Source: a virus | Taxonomy: Duplodnaviria > Caudoviricetes | Strand: one strand, 5' to 3' | DNA: 64,000 bases | IMG/VR virus record: IMGVR_UViG_2751186034_000001 | Location: 1 to 64,000 of that record | Shown here: in pieces, positions 26,880-37,303 of the stretch | How the letters are laid out: every line of letters starts with the position of its first letter | How positions within the stretch are numbered: the first letter of the stretch is position 1 | The notes under the pieces: model-generated | Told to the model about the DNA's origin: nothing | Database searches by the model: none | The model's input: the letters and a program-made list of their open reading frames with translations, nothing else | Position numbers and translations under genes: made by a program

Positions 26880-29800
26880 CAGCGCCCCTTGATTGCTTTG
26901 TTGATGACGCCGCCCTGGCCCATGTCCTTGTTGCGTAGCTGCTGATACTTCTGCTCAACAAAAGCCGCCAGCTCCTTGCCAAACATGTCGTAGCCAGGCG
27001 CGTCGGCGGAGGACGATGCGTTGCCGTCTCCGTCGATATGGACCTCGACATTGATCTGTGTTGCGCCGGCCCCGCCACCGCCCATGGCCATAACGCCGAG
27101 CTTGCCGCTCGATGTCCGGGTCAGGGGCATGATCGCCTCCGGACCGGCCTCACCAGCGATACCCATGTTGCCGTTCGCCATGCCAAACGAGGTTGGCTTG
27201 CTGACGATGGAGTTGGTGAACGCGCCGCCGTCGGCGAACATCTGCACGCCGCCCGACCAGGCGCCGCCCATGGCTTGCGGGAAGTAGCTGCCCGAGTAGC
27301 CCCCCGCTGAAGCACCGAGGTTGGAAGATGCAGCGCCAGCAGATCCTGCGGCCAGCCCGTTGCCGCCAGCAGCACTGCCGCCGAAATAGCTCGCCGCCGC
27401 CCCCACCAGGCTGCCCAGCAAAGCGGAACTGGCCTGACGTGTCGCAATGCGCGCCATGTCCGCCAAAATCGACTTGGTGAAGTCCGCGAACGACGCTTTG
27501 CCTGTAACGGCGAAGTTGACGAGCGAATCCTCCATGGAGCTGAAGGCGTTGCCGAACAGGCTTTTCGTCTGGCCGGCGATGTTCCGCGCCGAGTCCAGGT
27601 AATTGTCCCAAGCTGCCGTCGCGCCCTTCGTCCAATCGCCCTGGGCGGCTTCCACATCCGCGTAGTTCTGCCGGATCTGGTCGGTGGCGGCCTTGTTCGC
27701 ATCGGCGAGCGCCTGGGATTTACGCTTGAACTCTTCCTCCGACATGTTCCGCGACGGGTCGGACTTCTGGTTGGCCAACTCCAGGGACTGCTGAGCAAAC
27801 CGGTCTTGCTGGCTGTTCAGCTCGCCGCTGAGTGCGTTTTGACGATCACCCTGGCCCACACCGAGGACTGCACGCTGGCCAGCCAGCTCCAAGGCTCGCT
27901 GCTGCTGCCCCAGCGCCTGAATGTAGGTGCTGATCGCGCGCTCCTGCTTGGCAAGCCGCCCGGCCTCGTTGGTGGCCAACACTTCAAGCTGGCTGTCGGC
28001 ATCCTTCTGCGCCTTGACCATCCCTGCGCGCGCATCGGCTATCTTTTGGTCCAGCTGGATGCTTTGCGCGGCCGATGTGGTCTTCTTGCCCTTGGCGGCC
28101 TCCAGCGCGGTGATCTCCGCCTCGTAGGCTGCCGTCACCTGATCGCGCTCGTTGCCGATCAGGGCCTGGCGGCGCAGCAGGTAGTCAGCCTCGGATACCA
28201 GGCCGGCCTTCTGCGCCGCGTCCAGTTCCTTCTGGTAGTTTTTGTAGTCGGCCGCGATGGCCGCCAGGTTGTTCTTGGCGTCGTTGAAGCCGGCCAGGTT
28301 GACCTGAGAACCCGAGGCATTGGGGTCTTTGAACTTGTCGTTGATGTTGGAGATGTTCTTGTCGATCGCCGCCTGATCGAGGCGAGAATCCTTCGGGTCG
28401 ACCTTGCGGATGTCTTCGAGCTGCCGCTTGTATTCCTTGATTGCCTCGGTGCGCTTCTGCTCATTCGTCCACGACGATTTGGTGAGCACGTCGATCTTGT
28501 CGCTGGCGACGATGGCAGCTTGCTGGGCCCTTCCCTGGTCATCGAAATACTTGATCCGAGCATCATCGGCATCACGCTGCAGCGTAAGAAAGGTGATCTG
28601 CGCCTGAATCTGGGCCCGAACCTTCGGGCTCACCTCCTGGGCGTTCATCCTCGTGCCGCCAACGTCGAACGCATCGGAGCCGGAGAGCTTGGACTGCAGG
28701 TCCTTAATCTGGTCGTTGTAGCTCTTCTGCCGACCTACATCGCTGATTCCATCTAGGGCGCCGCTCGCGGCACTCTTGATGCCAAGCCAGGCCCGCTCCC
28801 ATAGATTCAGGTTCTCTATCACCTGGCGGGATCTGGTCTGTACAGTGTCGGCATAGGTGTCGGTCAGCAGCTTGGTGGCGCCGATTTCGTCGCCTTGGTC
28901 CTTGAGTGCGACGATCTGCGAATAAACCGAGGCTGTGAGGAAGTGGTACTGCTCGTTGAGCGACTTGGCGGCGGCCACTGGGTCGTCGGCGATCTTGACG
29001 AACTCGGCAACGGTTGCCTCGATGGACTTGCCGGTGGCCTTCTCCATGGATAGAGCCGCCTCAGCGATCTCCACGAAACTGCCGCTGGCGAGCTTACCGC
29101 TACCTGCCAGGGTGGCCAGCACGTCCGCAGCCTGCCCGGTGGTGCCCACGGTCGCTGCGACCTGGCGGGACATATCGCCCAACTGTCCAGCGCTTGCACC
29201 TGCATAGTTGCCGGTTAGGATCAGCGCTTTGTTGAAGGCTTCCGTCTCTCTGCTGCCGCTGTAGTAGGCGTAGGCCAGCCCACCTATGGCTGCGGCGACA
29301 AGGCCAATCGGAGCAGCTAGTGCCAGCAGACCGCTCATGGAGGCGCCAGCCCCTACGCCGATCTGCGTGATTGCCCGGGCACCGCTCCCCCAATCGCCGG
29401 TGGAGAGGGCATTACCGAGCTGCATAACGTTTTCCTGCGCTTGGCGGGTGCCGAGGCGCAGCTTGTCGAAGCCGGTGGTGGTTTTTTCGAGCTTGGCGTA
29501 GTCCTTGTCGATATTGCCCAGGGCTTTGTTGTAGTCGTCCTGACTCAGGCGACCCGCGTCCAAGTACTTGCCAAGTTGCTCGACTTGAGTGTCGAGTTTC
29601 GCCAGCGCGGCGCGGGCCGGGTCAATCGCCCCCAACAAGCTGTTGAGAGCTTTTTGCTCATCCAGTGCGGACTTGGCCAGGGCCACCTGCTGCTTGTCCA
29701 GCTGTGCCGATATCTTCGCTGCTTCTGCCTCGCCATAGGCGCCGGTCTTAGTCAGCTTGGCGAGAGCGTCACGCTGCTTTGCCAGGTCCTGGGTGGTTTT

Positions 29801-29962
29801 AGCGCTGGTGGACAGCGACTTTTCCAGCGCCTGCATTTCGTTCATCAGCGAAACGGCGGACTGCTCGGCCCGGCCGCCGGCCTTCGCCATTTCGTCCAGG
29901 CTCGTTTTAGCCTGGATTGCATCGGCCGAGTCGATCTTGACGCCGAGTTCTGCAATTTTCAT
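26879..29962 (-). CDS. Tape measure protein (lambda H family)
   Basis: 1027 aa helical protein; FNKALILTGNYAG and GEAGPEAIMPL motifs. Confidence 0.93.
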   Translation of the reverse strand: MKIAELGVKIDSADAIQAKTSLDEMAKAGGRAEQSAVSLMNEMQALEKSLSTSAKTTQDLAKQRDALAKLTKTGAYGEAEAAKISAQLDKQQVALAKSALDEQKALNSLLGAIDPARAALAKLDTQVEQLGKYLDAGRLSQDDYNKALGNIDKDYAKLEKTTTGFDKLRLGTRQAQENVMQLGNALSTGDWGSGARAITQIGVGAGASMSGLLALAAPIGLVAAAIGGLAYAYYSGSRETEAFNKALILTGNYAGASAGQLGDMSRQVAATVGTTGQAADVLATLAGSGKLASGSFVEIAEAALSMEKATGKSIEATVAEFVKIADDPVAAAKSLNEQYHFLTASVYSQIVALKDQGDEIGATKLLTDTYADTVQTRSRQVIENLNLWERAWLGIKSAASGALDGISDVGRQKSYNDQIKDLQSKLSGSDAFDVGGTRMNAQEVSPKVRAQIQAQITFLTLQRDADDARIKYFDDQGRAQQAAIVASDKIDVLTKSSWTNEQKRTEAIKEYKRQLEDIRKVDPKDSRLDQAAIDKNISNINDKFKDPNASGSQVNLAGFNDAKNNLAAIAADYKNYQKELDAAQKAGLVSEADYLLRRQALIGNERDQVTAAYEAEITALEAAKGKKTTSAAQSIQLDQKIADARAGMVKAQKDADSQLEVLATNEAGRLAKQERAISTYIQALGQQQRALELAGQRAVLGVGQGDRQNALSGELNSQQDRFAQQSLELANQKSDPSRNMSEEEFKRKSQALADANKAATDQIRQNYADVEAAQGDWTKGATAAWDNYLDSARNIAGQTKSLFGNAFSSMEDSLVNFAVTGKASFADFTKSILADMARIATRQASSALLGSLVGAAASYFGGSAAGGNGLAAGSAGAASSNLGASAGGYSGSYFPQAMGGAWSGGVQMFADGGAFTNSIVSKPTSFGMANGNMGIAGEAGPEAIMPLTRTSSGKLGVMAMGGGGAGATQINVEVHIDGDGNASSSADAPGYDMFGKELAAFVEQKYQQLRNKDMGQGGVINKAIKGR

Positions 29963-29989
29963 CGACTCACCTTGAATAAGTGCCCGTGG

Positions 29990-30693
29990 TTACGGGCTGT
30001 TTTCCCTTTCCTCCGCCATGACGCGCAGGGCTTCGCCTTCCAGGACTTGAAGGTCAGGGAAGATTTCAGCGAGTTTCTTTTTCTTGATGCCGAGGAAGCC
30101 GGCCACGTCGCGGATGCTGCTGTAGTCGAGACCGATCGCGCCGCTGGTGCCCGCCCGCCACTGTGTGGACATCCTGTTGAACAGGAGGAAGGCCGGCCAG
30201 TTGCAGGGCCAGACTTCCACATCGTCCTCATCGAGGTCGGCAGCCGTCAGCCCGAGAGCAGCCAATTGCTCAGCAGATTGGCCGCTTCCGTACATTGCTT
30301 TGGCTGCCGCTATCAGTTTCCCAGGCGAGCCTGGCTGAATGCGCTCTGATAGGCGCTCACGACCGCTTCGGCTGTGCCATAACAGGACTTAACAAGGGCC
30401 TGGATGCTCTTGTCGTCAAACTTGTCATCGAACCCCCACCCAACGACGAGATCCTTGATTTGCTGCACCTGAAGCTCGGTCTCGGCAGAAACGACATCGG
30501 ACAAAGTGGTGGCTTCGCCGAAGCTCTCGCGCATCTCCTTCCCCTTTGCGCTCCAATCATCGAATAGGGCGGCAAGCCCCGGGCGATCCCGATACTTGAA
30601 GGTGAACTCGATTTTCTCGGGCTCCTCTCCAACAATTGGGATCAGCACGAATGCCTTGAATGTAGGGTTCTGGGCGATCCTGATCTTTGCCAT
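29990..30693 (-). CDS. Tail assembly chaperone G (30313-30693) and G-T -1 frameshift fusion to 29990
   Basis: G-GGA-AAC heptamer at 30322-30316; the -1 frame GKLIAAAKA joins MYGSG of 29990-30295. Confidence 0.82.
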
Positions 30694-30702
30694 GGGAACT
30701 CC

Positions 30703-31362
30703 TTATGCGCCAGCCAAATAACGGAGCGAACGAGCGGAAAGCCCGATGCTGATGGTGCGCGTCATGACGTTGTTGCGCTCCATGGTTGGGTCAGGAGTAA
30801 TGCTCACATAGCCCGGGTAGAGAATCTGGTCACCGTTACGCAGCTTCATGCGGACCACCGCCAGTTCCTTGGTGTCGTCGTACCCTTCGACGGTCTCGAC
30901 GTATTGAGCCGTTGGCTGGTCCTCCACCACGATGGTGATCGTGGTCGGATTGCGGTTTGTCGGGAACTGTTTGTCGTCGTCATCTTCCAGGTAGCCGACG
31001 GTTTGGTACTGCTGCTCACCGCCTGAGGACGTGAAAGAAGTCACCTTGGAGATTTGCGTCCATCCGGACACGGGAATCACAGAACCGGCGCCTGCACCGA
31101 CGGTGTATTTGTCGGTATTGGTCGTGTTGAGACCGGCCAGAGCGAAAGCATCTGCAGTAATGCCGGAAGCCTTTACTGCGCGGTCGTTGATGAGCGCCCA
31201 GCCAGAGTTGATCAGCAAAACGTCGCCATTTTCAATGCTGTGCCCTACAGACGCAGCGACTGGCGATTTCGCATTGGTCAATGCGGTGAAAGCGACTGCG
31301 GAGCCCATAACGCTGGCGATCTCCAGCACAGCGCCGTTCGGCAGCGGGAAGCGTGCGGCCAT
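30703..31362 (-). CDS. Major tail tube protein
   Basis: WTQISKV...GGEQQY motif; synteny. Confidence 0.85.
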   Translation of the reverse strand: MAARFPLPNGAVLEIASVMGSAVAFTALTNAKSPVAASVGHSIENGDVLLINSGWALINDRAVKASGITADAFALAGLNTTNTDKYTVGAGAGSVIPVSGWTQISKVTSFTSSGGEQQYQTVGYLEDDDDKQFPTNRNPTTITIVVEDQPTAQYVETVEGYDDTKELAVVRMKLRNGDQILYPGYVSITPDPTMERNNVMTRTISIGLSARSLRYLAGA

Positions 31363-31401
31363 GGTGTATTTCCTCTTGAGTGCCCGCCTGACGGCGGTAG
31401 G

Positions 31402-31830
31402 TTATGCCCCAGCGGGCGGTTGGTCTGCGACACCCAGGTAGGTGAAGCTGGCCGGGACCGTGTAGGTCGCCGACTCTGTGATAGTTGGTCCCTGATCTAC
31501 TGGCTCAGTGATCAGGCCATCGAAACCGTTACGGGTCAGAGGTGTGTCGACGCGGAACAGCCGGGTCAATTCGTCAATAAGCGTCTCGGCGGTGGCCAAA
31601 GCCTGGCCGGACGGACAAACGATGCTGACCTGATAAACACCGGCGTACTCGTAGGCCTCCCCGCCGAGATAGCGGCAGGTGGTGCTGGCTGGAAGTTGAA
31701 AGGCTTGGAGGTAGGTTTCAGAAGAACCCGGAGTGAACGGTTGATTTGGGTAGGCCACCCTTATCGGGCGCGCAGCCGCCCATGCGGCCAGCTTCGTTTC
31801 GATGGCCTGACGGGCGCGTGCGTGACTCAT
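31402..31830 (-). CDS. Tail terminator protein
   Basis: VAYPNQPF, GVYQVSIV motifs; synteny. Confidence 0.8.
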   Translation of the reverse strand: MSHARARQAIETKLAAWAAARPIRVAYPNQPFTPGSSETYLQAFQLPASTTCRYLGGEAYEYAGVYQVSIVCPSGQALATAETLIDELTRLFRVDTPLTRNGFDGLITEPVDQGPTITESATYTVPASFTYLGVADQPPAGA

Positions 31831-32483
31831 ACTTGGTTGTTCCTGATGGCCTCCAGCACGATCTGCTGAAAGCGAGCCACAGTTACCCGAACCATGCCTC
31901 CGGGGGCCTGGGTTGAGTGGCCGAACTCCAGCGGAATCGCGTAGGGCAAGTTGTTGATGATGTAGGCCATTTGGCCAGCGGTGAAATCACTCATCGCGGC
32001 AACCATTGCAGCGGTGGTTTCGGCGCCGCTCGGGTCAACCTCATCAAAGGTGACGCTCTCTACCACGCCAAGCGATATGTGCCAGTTCGCCCGGAACCGG
32101 CCGCCGACGTAGTCCTTGCCAGCCACCAAACCGTTCACGTTGAAATTCTGGTCGCGCTCGGTCTTTGTCAGGGGCTTGGCGTACTTCACACCCTTTCGCA
32201 ATTTGCCGGCTTTGGTGAAGTTCGACTCGTTGAGGTTGATGATCGTATTGCGGACCGCGACCTTGAAGTCATAGTCGTCGGCCGCCCGAGTGTTCGCCTC
32301 ACGGTGAGCAACGTTTGCGGCCCAGATCTCCGGGTTACCCACGGGAGACATTCGAATCAGGCTGCTGCCGACCTCGATGATGATCTCGCGCACGCTGGCG
32401 TCGATGGCTTCGCTGGTTTGGGCGGCGAACTCGGCCAGGCTCAGGGCGAAGCTGCCGGATTGACCGGCGCCTGCCCGGCTCAA
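31827..32483 (-). CDS. HK97 gp10-like tail completion protein
   Basis: GRFRANW, NNLPYA..LEFGHS.QAP.GMV motifs. Confidence 0.85.
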   Translation of the reverse strand: MSRAGAGQSGSFALSLAEFAAQTSEAIDASVREIIIEVGSSLIRMSPVGNPEIWAANVAHREANTRAADDYDFKVAVRNTIINLNESNFTKAGKLRKGVKYAKPLTKTERDQNFNVNGLVAGKDYVGGRFRANWHISLGVVESVTFDEVDPSGAETTAAMVAAMSDFTAGQMAYIINNLPYAIPLEFGHSTQAPGGMVRVTVARFQQIVLEAIRNNQV

Positions 32484-32851
32484 GACCGCACCTGCAGTTC
32501 ATACAGAATCGGCGTGCCGGCCGGATTGACCTCTTTCAGCGGCGGAACGATGGACCAGGTGCGGCCCTGGGCGCCCACCTTGTCCAGCAAGCCCGGCACC
32601 CAGGTCAGCCCCTGCGCGGCGATCTTGAGCTTCTTGTCGCCCTGTTTGATCAGGCTGTTGTTCTGGAATTCTTGGCCGGTGAAGTCGAGCAGGATGCCCT
32701 GGGCAATTTGCTCGACGGTTGCGCCTGGCGCTTCGCCGCCCGTCTCCGGGTCGTACTCGCCCGGCTCCGTCTTGCTGATGGTCACGGGCTGGCCGAACTC
32801 TGTGATCATCTCCAGAGCCATCACGGCCATTTCATCGTAGAAGGTGGCCAT
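32480..32851 (-). CDS. Head closure / head-tail connector protein
   Basis: Synteny; LYELQVR C-terminus. Confidence 0.75.
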   Translation of the reverse strand: MATFYDEMAVMALEMITEFGQPVTISKTEPGEYDPETGGEAPGATVEQIAQGILLDFTGQEFQNNSLIKQGDKKLKIAAQGLTWVPGLLDKVGAQGRTWSIVPPLKEVNPAGTPILYELQVRS

Positions 32852-32868
32852 GATTTCTCCAGAAGTTT

Positions 32869-33186
32869 CTAGTGGGTAAAGTCTGATCTCTTTAAAAAGA
32901 AAGCACGCAAATATAGAAGAGCAAATGCAGGAATTGCGGCCGCAGACAAAGCAACCAGCCAATTGCTGTGGCTATCGTCGTAAAACTTGTACGACATAAC
33001 CGCCTGAAACAGTGCAATCAAAGGCAGACTGCATAACGCAATCATTCGTCGCCTGCTTCGATGCAAACTTTGATTCCGCACTGATGCGCTAAAAAACAGA
33101 ATGAGCCACAGAAAAAACCACTCTGTGATCCCCGTTAAAATCAAAGCTAGTGAAATTAGATCTATGAGCAAATCAACTATCTCCAT
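32869..33186 (-). CDS. Small multi-pass membrane protein (moron)
   Basis: Three hydrophobic segments; AT-rich; interrupts the neck genes. Confidence 0.55.
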   Translation of the reverse strand: MEIVDLLIDLISLALILTGITEWFFLWLILFFSASVRNQSLHRSRRRMIALCSLPLIALFQAVMSYKFYDDSHSNWLVALSAAAIPAFALLYLRAFFLKRSDFTH

Positions 33187-33231
33187 CCATCACCAGGCCA
33201 GAATATTGAAGATCGTTTCCAAGCTTCTATT

Positions 33232-33735
33232 CTAGGCTCTAACGGCAAATAGTCCGCGCCGCTGCAAATAGTCGGAAAACTGCGTAGCGCTGGGTCGATC
33301 AGGCGCCGCTGGCAGCAGCCGGTTACTGGTAGACGGAATAGCCGCATACTGTCGCGTCACCGCCCCCTCAACACGATCCAGCAGCACAGCTCCTTTGCGC
33401 TTCTCCACCGGGTCGATATCGTCCTGATGAATCTCGGCGGCCAGGGCCATCTGGCCATACTGGATGCGCGCCGGCAGGTAGTTGTTCGGCTTGATCTCCT
33501 GATCCAGCAGCACTTCCCGGCGCGGCCAGGACAAGGCCTGCTCGCTGCTCATCTTGCGGCCTTTCCAGGTCTTGCCATCCATCGCCAAGGCGGCCCGGCG
33601 CAGCAATGCTTCCTGCTCGGGAACGCCTGCGGGGATAACCGTGCCGAATTTCACGGCATACATGGCCAAGTCCTCAGCGCTCGCGTAGCTTTCGGCGTCA
33701 GGCTTGCCGGTGCCGTCCTCGATGATGAGTGTCAT
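33232..33735 (-). CDS. Head-tail adaptor protein
   Basis: LIIEDGTG..AESYAS, QALSWPR motifs. Confidence 0.8.
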   Translation of the reverse strand: MTLIIEDGTGKPDAESYASAEDLAMYAVKFGTVIPAGVPEQEALLRRAALAMDGKTWKGRKMSSEQALSWPRREVLLDQEIKPNNYLPARIQYGQMALAAEIHQDDIDPVEKRKGAVLLDRVEGAVTRQYAAIPSTSNRLLPAAPDRPSATQFSDYLQRRGLFAVRA

Positions 33736-33794
33736 GCGTCAACTCGCTGGAATGGTTTGAAGATTGGCCACCGGGTAACCGGCAGCCAGCAGTA

Positions 33795-34385
33795 TCACGC
33801 CTTGGGCAGATCAGCGACGAGCTTTTCCAAGGAGTCTTTCGAGGCGTTGGCCCGGTATGGCACCTTCGCTTCGTCGAGCTTGGCTTTCAGGTCGGCGATT
33901 TCTCCAGCCTCATCAGCCGGCGGCGTGATGGCGGCCTTCTTCAGCGCTTCAACCTCGCCGCGCAGTGTGTCGACGGTCACGAGCAGGCCGTCACGCTCAG
34001 TAGTCAGCTCTCCAACCGAGGTGTGGATGGTGCCCAGCACGCCAAACAATCGCAACGCGATTTCACCAAATTCGGGTCGCTGAATTTCGCCAGCTTCCAG
34101 GCCATCAACCAGCAGAATGAGCGCGCCATTTTCAGTCCGCAACCTGGCAATTTCCTCAGCCAGCGCATCGGATAGTCCCGCTGGCACGCTGACTGCGGAA
34201 GGTGCTGGAGTCTCGACGACCGACACGTCAACGCCTGCAGCCTCATAGGCAGCGACGATATCTGGATGTTCGCCAACGACTACCACCGCCGTCGCGTCGC
34301 GTTCAATGCCGCGAAATAGACTCGCAGTCCGGTAGCGCTTCTCCGGATCAAAGCCCTCAAGCTGGTTCGTGTAAATCAGTTCCAT
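33795..34385 (-). CDS. Capsid-associated protein with C-terminal HeH/LEM-like motif
   Basis: LKAKLDEAKVPYRANASKDSL; follows the capsid gene. Confidence 0.6.
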   Translation of the reverse strand: MELIYTNQLEGFDPEKRYRTASLFRGIERDATAVVVVGEHPDIVAAYEAAGVDVSVVETPAPSAVSVPAGLSDALAEEIARLRTENGALILLVDGLEAGEIQRPEFGEIALRLFGVLGTIHTSVGELTTERDGLLVTVDTLRGEVEALKKAAITPPADEAGEIADLKAKLDEAKVPYRANASKDSLEKLVADLPKA

Positions 34386-34431
34386 GGGAATCTCCGTAGC
34401 GGCCGTTGCCGACCGCTTCCTGGGGTGAATA

Positions 34432-35394
34432 TCAGCCGCCGGCTGGTGGCGTAGTGGTGAGGGTGATCATCACGCCGGCGGTGACCTTGTTGCTGTCGGC
34501 ATGCTTGACCCAGTTGGCCGCCGAACCGACAGCCGCCAGGGTTGGGTTCGCGCCGCCGGCAGTTTCCTTCCAGCTGTAACCCAGGACGTCAATGTTGACG
34601 GTGCCCTCGGCGCGGTAGCCGATGCCGAGGTTTTCCTCGTCGTCCACATTGTACGAACGGAAGCCGGGGGCTTGGGACTCGGTGATCACCACGGCGTTCG
34701 GCAGCAGGCCGAAGATCACGTCAGATGGCGCGGTATCAGTCACCAGCACGGGCTTGCCCAGGGTGCCAGGCAGGCCACCATAGATAACGACACCGGCTTC
34801 TTCGTAGATTTTGTTGGTGATGGCCTCGTCGACGATGTCGAAGTAGGCACTGGAGTGCATAACCCACAACGCAATGCGACCGAACTTGTCGCCGAATTTG
34901 CGCATGCCGCGGGTCAGCGTCTTCTTGCCGTCGGTTTCGATGTTCGCCGAGACCACCATGCCGGCGTTGGAGCCGATGGCGGCGCGCAACGCGGCGGTGG
35001 CGTACTGGATGAAGCCTTCCAAGGTCGCGTCGGCAACGTCGGCACCGATGATCTGGGAGAACTCATCAACCGGGCGGCCGCGACGCTTGAACGCCTCTTC
35101 GGTGGTCTGGTACGGGCCGTATTTCCACGGTGCTTTGACACCGACGGCCTCACCGGCGCCGATCTTTTTGGCGGTCACCTTCCCGGTGGAGTTGACGTCG
35201 CGGTGTTCCAGCGAGCCGCCAATCTTGTAGAAAGCGCGCTTGCGGAAGTCGCCTTCGATCAGCTCGTTGTCGAGGACGATCGCGCCATTGGAAGATGCGT
35301 TGAACACGTCCAGGTTGTCCTGAACGCGCTCCAAGTATGCAGTTTGCGCCTCATCGTTGTAGATGATCAGGTCGCTATTGACGGTTGTCGCCAT
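34432..35394 (-). CDS. Major capsid protein
   Basis: 320 aa; follows the scaffold gene; TLGKPVLVTD motif. Confidence 0.88.
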   Translation of the reverse strand: MATTVNSDLIIYNDEAQTAYLERVQDNLDVFNASSNGAIVLDNELIEGDFRKRAFYKIGGSLEHRDVNSTGKVTAKKIGAGEAVGVKAPWKYGPYQTTEEAFKRRGRPVDEFSQIIGADVADATLEGFIQYATAALRAAIGSNAGMVVSANIETDGKKTLTRGMRKFGDKFGRIALWVMHSSAYFDIVDEAITNKIYEEAGVVIYGGLPGTLGKPVLVTDTAPSDVIFGLLPNAVVITESQAPGFRSYNVDDEENLGIGYRAEGTVNIDVLGYSWKETAGGANPTLAAVGSAANWVKHADSNKVTAGVMITLTTTPPAGG

Positions 35395-35406
35395 GAGTAT
35401 TTCCCC

Positions 35407-36135
35407 TTACTTGGGCAATTGCAGATATGCGGTTTGGCCGTGCTTGCGCTGGTATTCGCGCTTTTGCTCGGAGGTCATTTCGGAGCGCTTGAATGCAGCC
35501 TGGCCGCCGCCCCCGCCCGGGGCTTGTGTCCCTGAAGCCCTTGGCCACAGGTGGGGTGCGCTTTCGCGCAGGGATTCCGCCCATTCGAGCGGAGTCAGAG
35601 GGGTCTTGCCGTCTTTGCCGAGGATGGTCTGGCCATGCTCATCGACAGCGACCGCTTCGCCCTCTTCGTTCAGAGAGAACACGCCTTTGGCGCGCAGGAT
35701 GATGTCGTCGGTTGCTTCCGGCAGTGCGCCGGCTTTCAGTGCAGCGCCGCGCACCGAGTCGCCCAAGACCTTGCCCTGGAACTTGGCGGCGAAGGCTTCA
35801 GCCTTCTCGGCGCGGCCGGCGAGCGCCTTCAGTTGCTTGTCGTGCTCGCCACGCAGGCGCTCGGTGCGCTTGTTAAACACTTCGTCAACCTTGCCCTCAG
35901 TTAGCAACTTGGTTTCTTCGTCCTGGCCCGCTCGACTGAGCAGTCCTTTGACGGCGTCGATGTCGATGCCTTCAAATTGGGTTTCGAACTGGGTCAACTT
36001 GCCGGAGGTTTCCTTCAGCTTGCCCAGCAGTTCCGAGTTCTTGGTTTTCAAACCAGAAACGGATGCTTCAACGGCAGTCGCGATAGCGGCCTTGATTGCC
36101 GGGTTTTCCAGGTCGATTTCGTTTTCTTCTGCCAC
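35407..36135 (-). CDS. Capsid scaffolding protein
   Basis: Coiled coil, GLKTKNSELL, GTQAPGGGG tail; GTG start. Confidence 0.8.
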   Translation of the reverse strand: MAEENEIDLENPAIKAAIATAVEASVSGLKTKNSELLGKLKETSGKLTQFETQFEGIDIDAVKGLLSRAGQDEETKLLTEGKVDEVFNKRTERLRGEHDKQLKALAGRAEKAEAFAAKFQGKVLGDSVRGAALKAGALPEATDDIILRAKGVFSLNEEGEAVAVDEHGQTILGKDGKTPLTPLEWAESLRESAPHLWPRASGTQAPGGGGGQAAFKRSEMTSEQKREYQRKHGQTAYLQLPK

Positions 36136-36217
36136 GTTGATGCACCCCTTGGGTATGTTTCGCCCGCTTTGCAGGCAATAAAAAACCGCCCGGAGGCGGC
36201 TGATTGAATGTGTTCGG

Positions 36218-37303
36218 TTAAATTCCGGCGCGCTCGAATGCCAGCGGTTCAAGCCCTTTCATTTGCGCCAGGGTCAGCGGCGCGAAGTTGCGATCAAGCT
36301 GCAGCTCCGAGAAGCGCTCCACGGTCAAGCCACCCTCCCGGAACAGCTTGGCACGCACCGGACCAATCGCCACATCCTGAAACGCCGCAGGCTGCTGCTG
36401 AAGCCAGTGGTAATAGTCGAGGTCGGCACTGACCTGCTGTCCGCCATTGGCACCCACCGAAGCCCGGGTAGCACCTTTGGCAAACATCGCGCTGAGCTTG
36501 GTCAGGAGAATGAAGGTAGTGCGGCAGTTCGGGTGGAATGGCGGCCTTGGGCCGGAATCCACCGGAAACTTGCGCTTGTCCATAGAGCGGCAAAGCTGAC
36601 TGGTTTTGCTGTCCAGCGTGGCCACCATCTGGATTTCTTCCACGATGTCAGTGTTGGCCTTGGCCACCTCCATACGCGCCTGAGACGACACATGCTGAAT
36701 CGCGGTATGTACGACCGTGGCGGCATTGCGGTTGGTGGTCGCCAGGATGCCGTCTTTGTACCCGGCAGCCTTGGTACCGCGAATGTTGCGGATGATCTGG
36801 AAGTTCGTCTGCCCTTCGAAGTAGCCCTGCCGAATAGTGCCGGTGACACGCTCTCGCTCGGCGCCGGTCCAACCCTTGATGAAGGCCTTCAGCAACTTCC
36901 CACCGCCGGTACCGCGCACGCTGAGCGGATTCTTCAGCACTGCAGTGCGGATTGCTGCGGCTGTCGGCGCAACCACGTCGAGCGATACGCCGACCGGTGC
37001 TGACCTGGCAAGACTGGTCGCCTCGAACTCGGCCTCATAGTTGGCGATATCCACCAAGTCGAGGTTCAGTTGCGCGCTGTAGCGGTCGAAGATGCCCAGC
37101 AACAGGCTGTCGACCTCCTTCAGCAGCGCTTCCAGGCGCTTGACGTTGTACTCGGTCAGGTCCGACTGGGTCAGCCGGTCGCGGATCGAGCGATCGATCT
37201 CCTTGAGGAAGGGGGCGAACTTGCCCACCTCCCCCGCCTTCAGCTTTTCGAGGAAAACGGCGTGCCGGATGGTGGCGTCATGGATTGCTTGGTTTGCCGC
37301 CAT
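36218..37303 (-). CDS. Minor head morphogenesis protein (SPP1 gp7 / Mu F family)
   Basis: ATLDSKTS..C, PPFHPNCR motifs. Confidence 0.9.
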   Translation of the reverse strand: MAANQAIHDATIRHAVFLEKLKAGEVGKFAPFLKEIDRSIRDRLTQSDLTEYNVKRLEALLKEVDSLLLGIFDRYSAQLNLDLVDIANYEAEFEATSLARSAPVGVSLDVVAPTAAAIRTAVLKNPLSVRGTGGGKLLKAFIKGWTGAERERVTGTIRQGYFEGQTNFQIIRNIRGTKAAGYKDGILATTNRNAATVVHTAIQHVSSQARMEVAKANTDIVEEIQMVATLDSKTSQLCRSMDKRKFPVDSGPRPPFHPNCRTTFILLTKLSAMFAKGATRASVGANGGQQVSADLDYYHWLQQQPAAFQDVAIGPVRAKLFREGGLTVERFSELQLDRNFAPLTLAQMKGLEPLAFERAGI

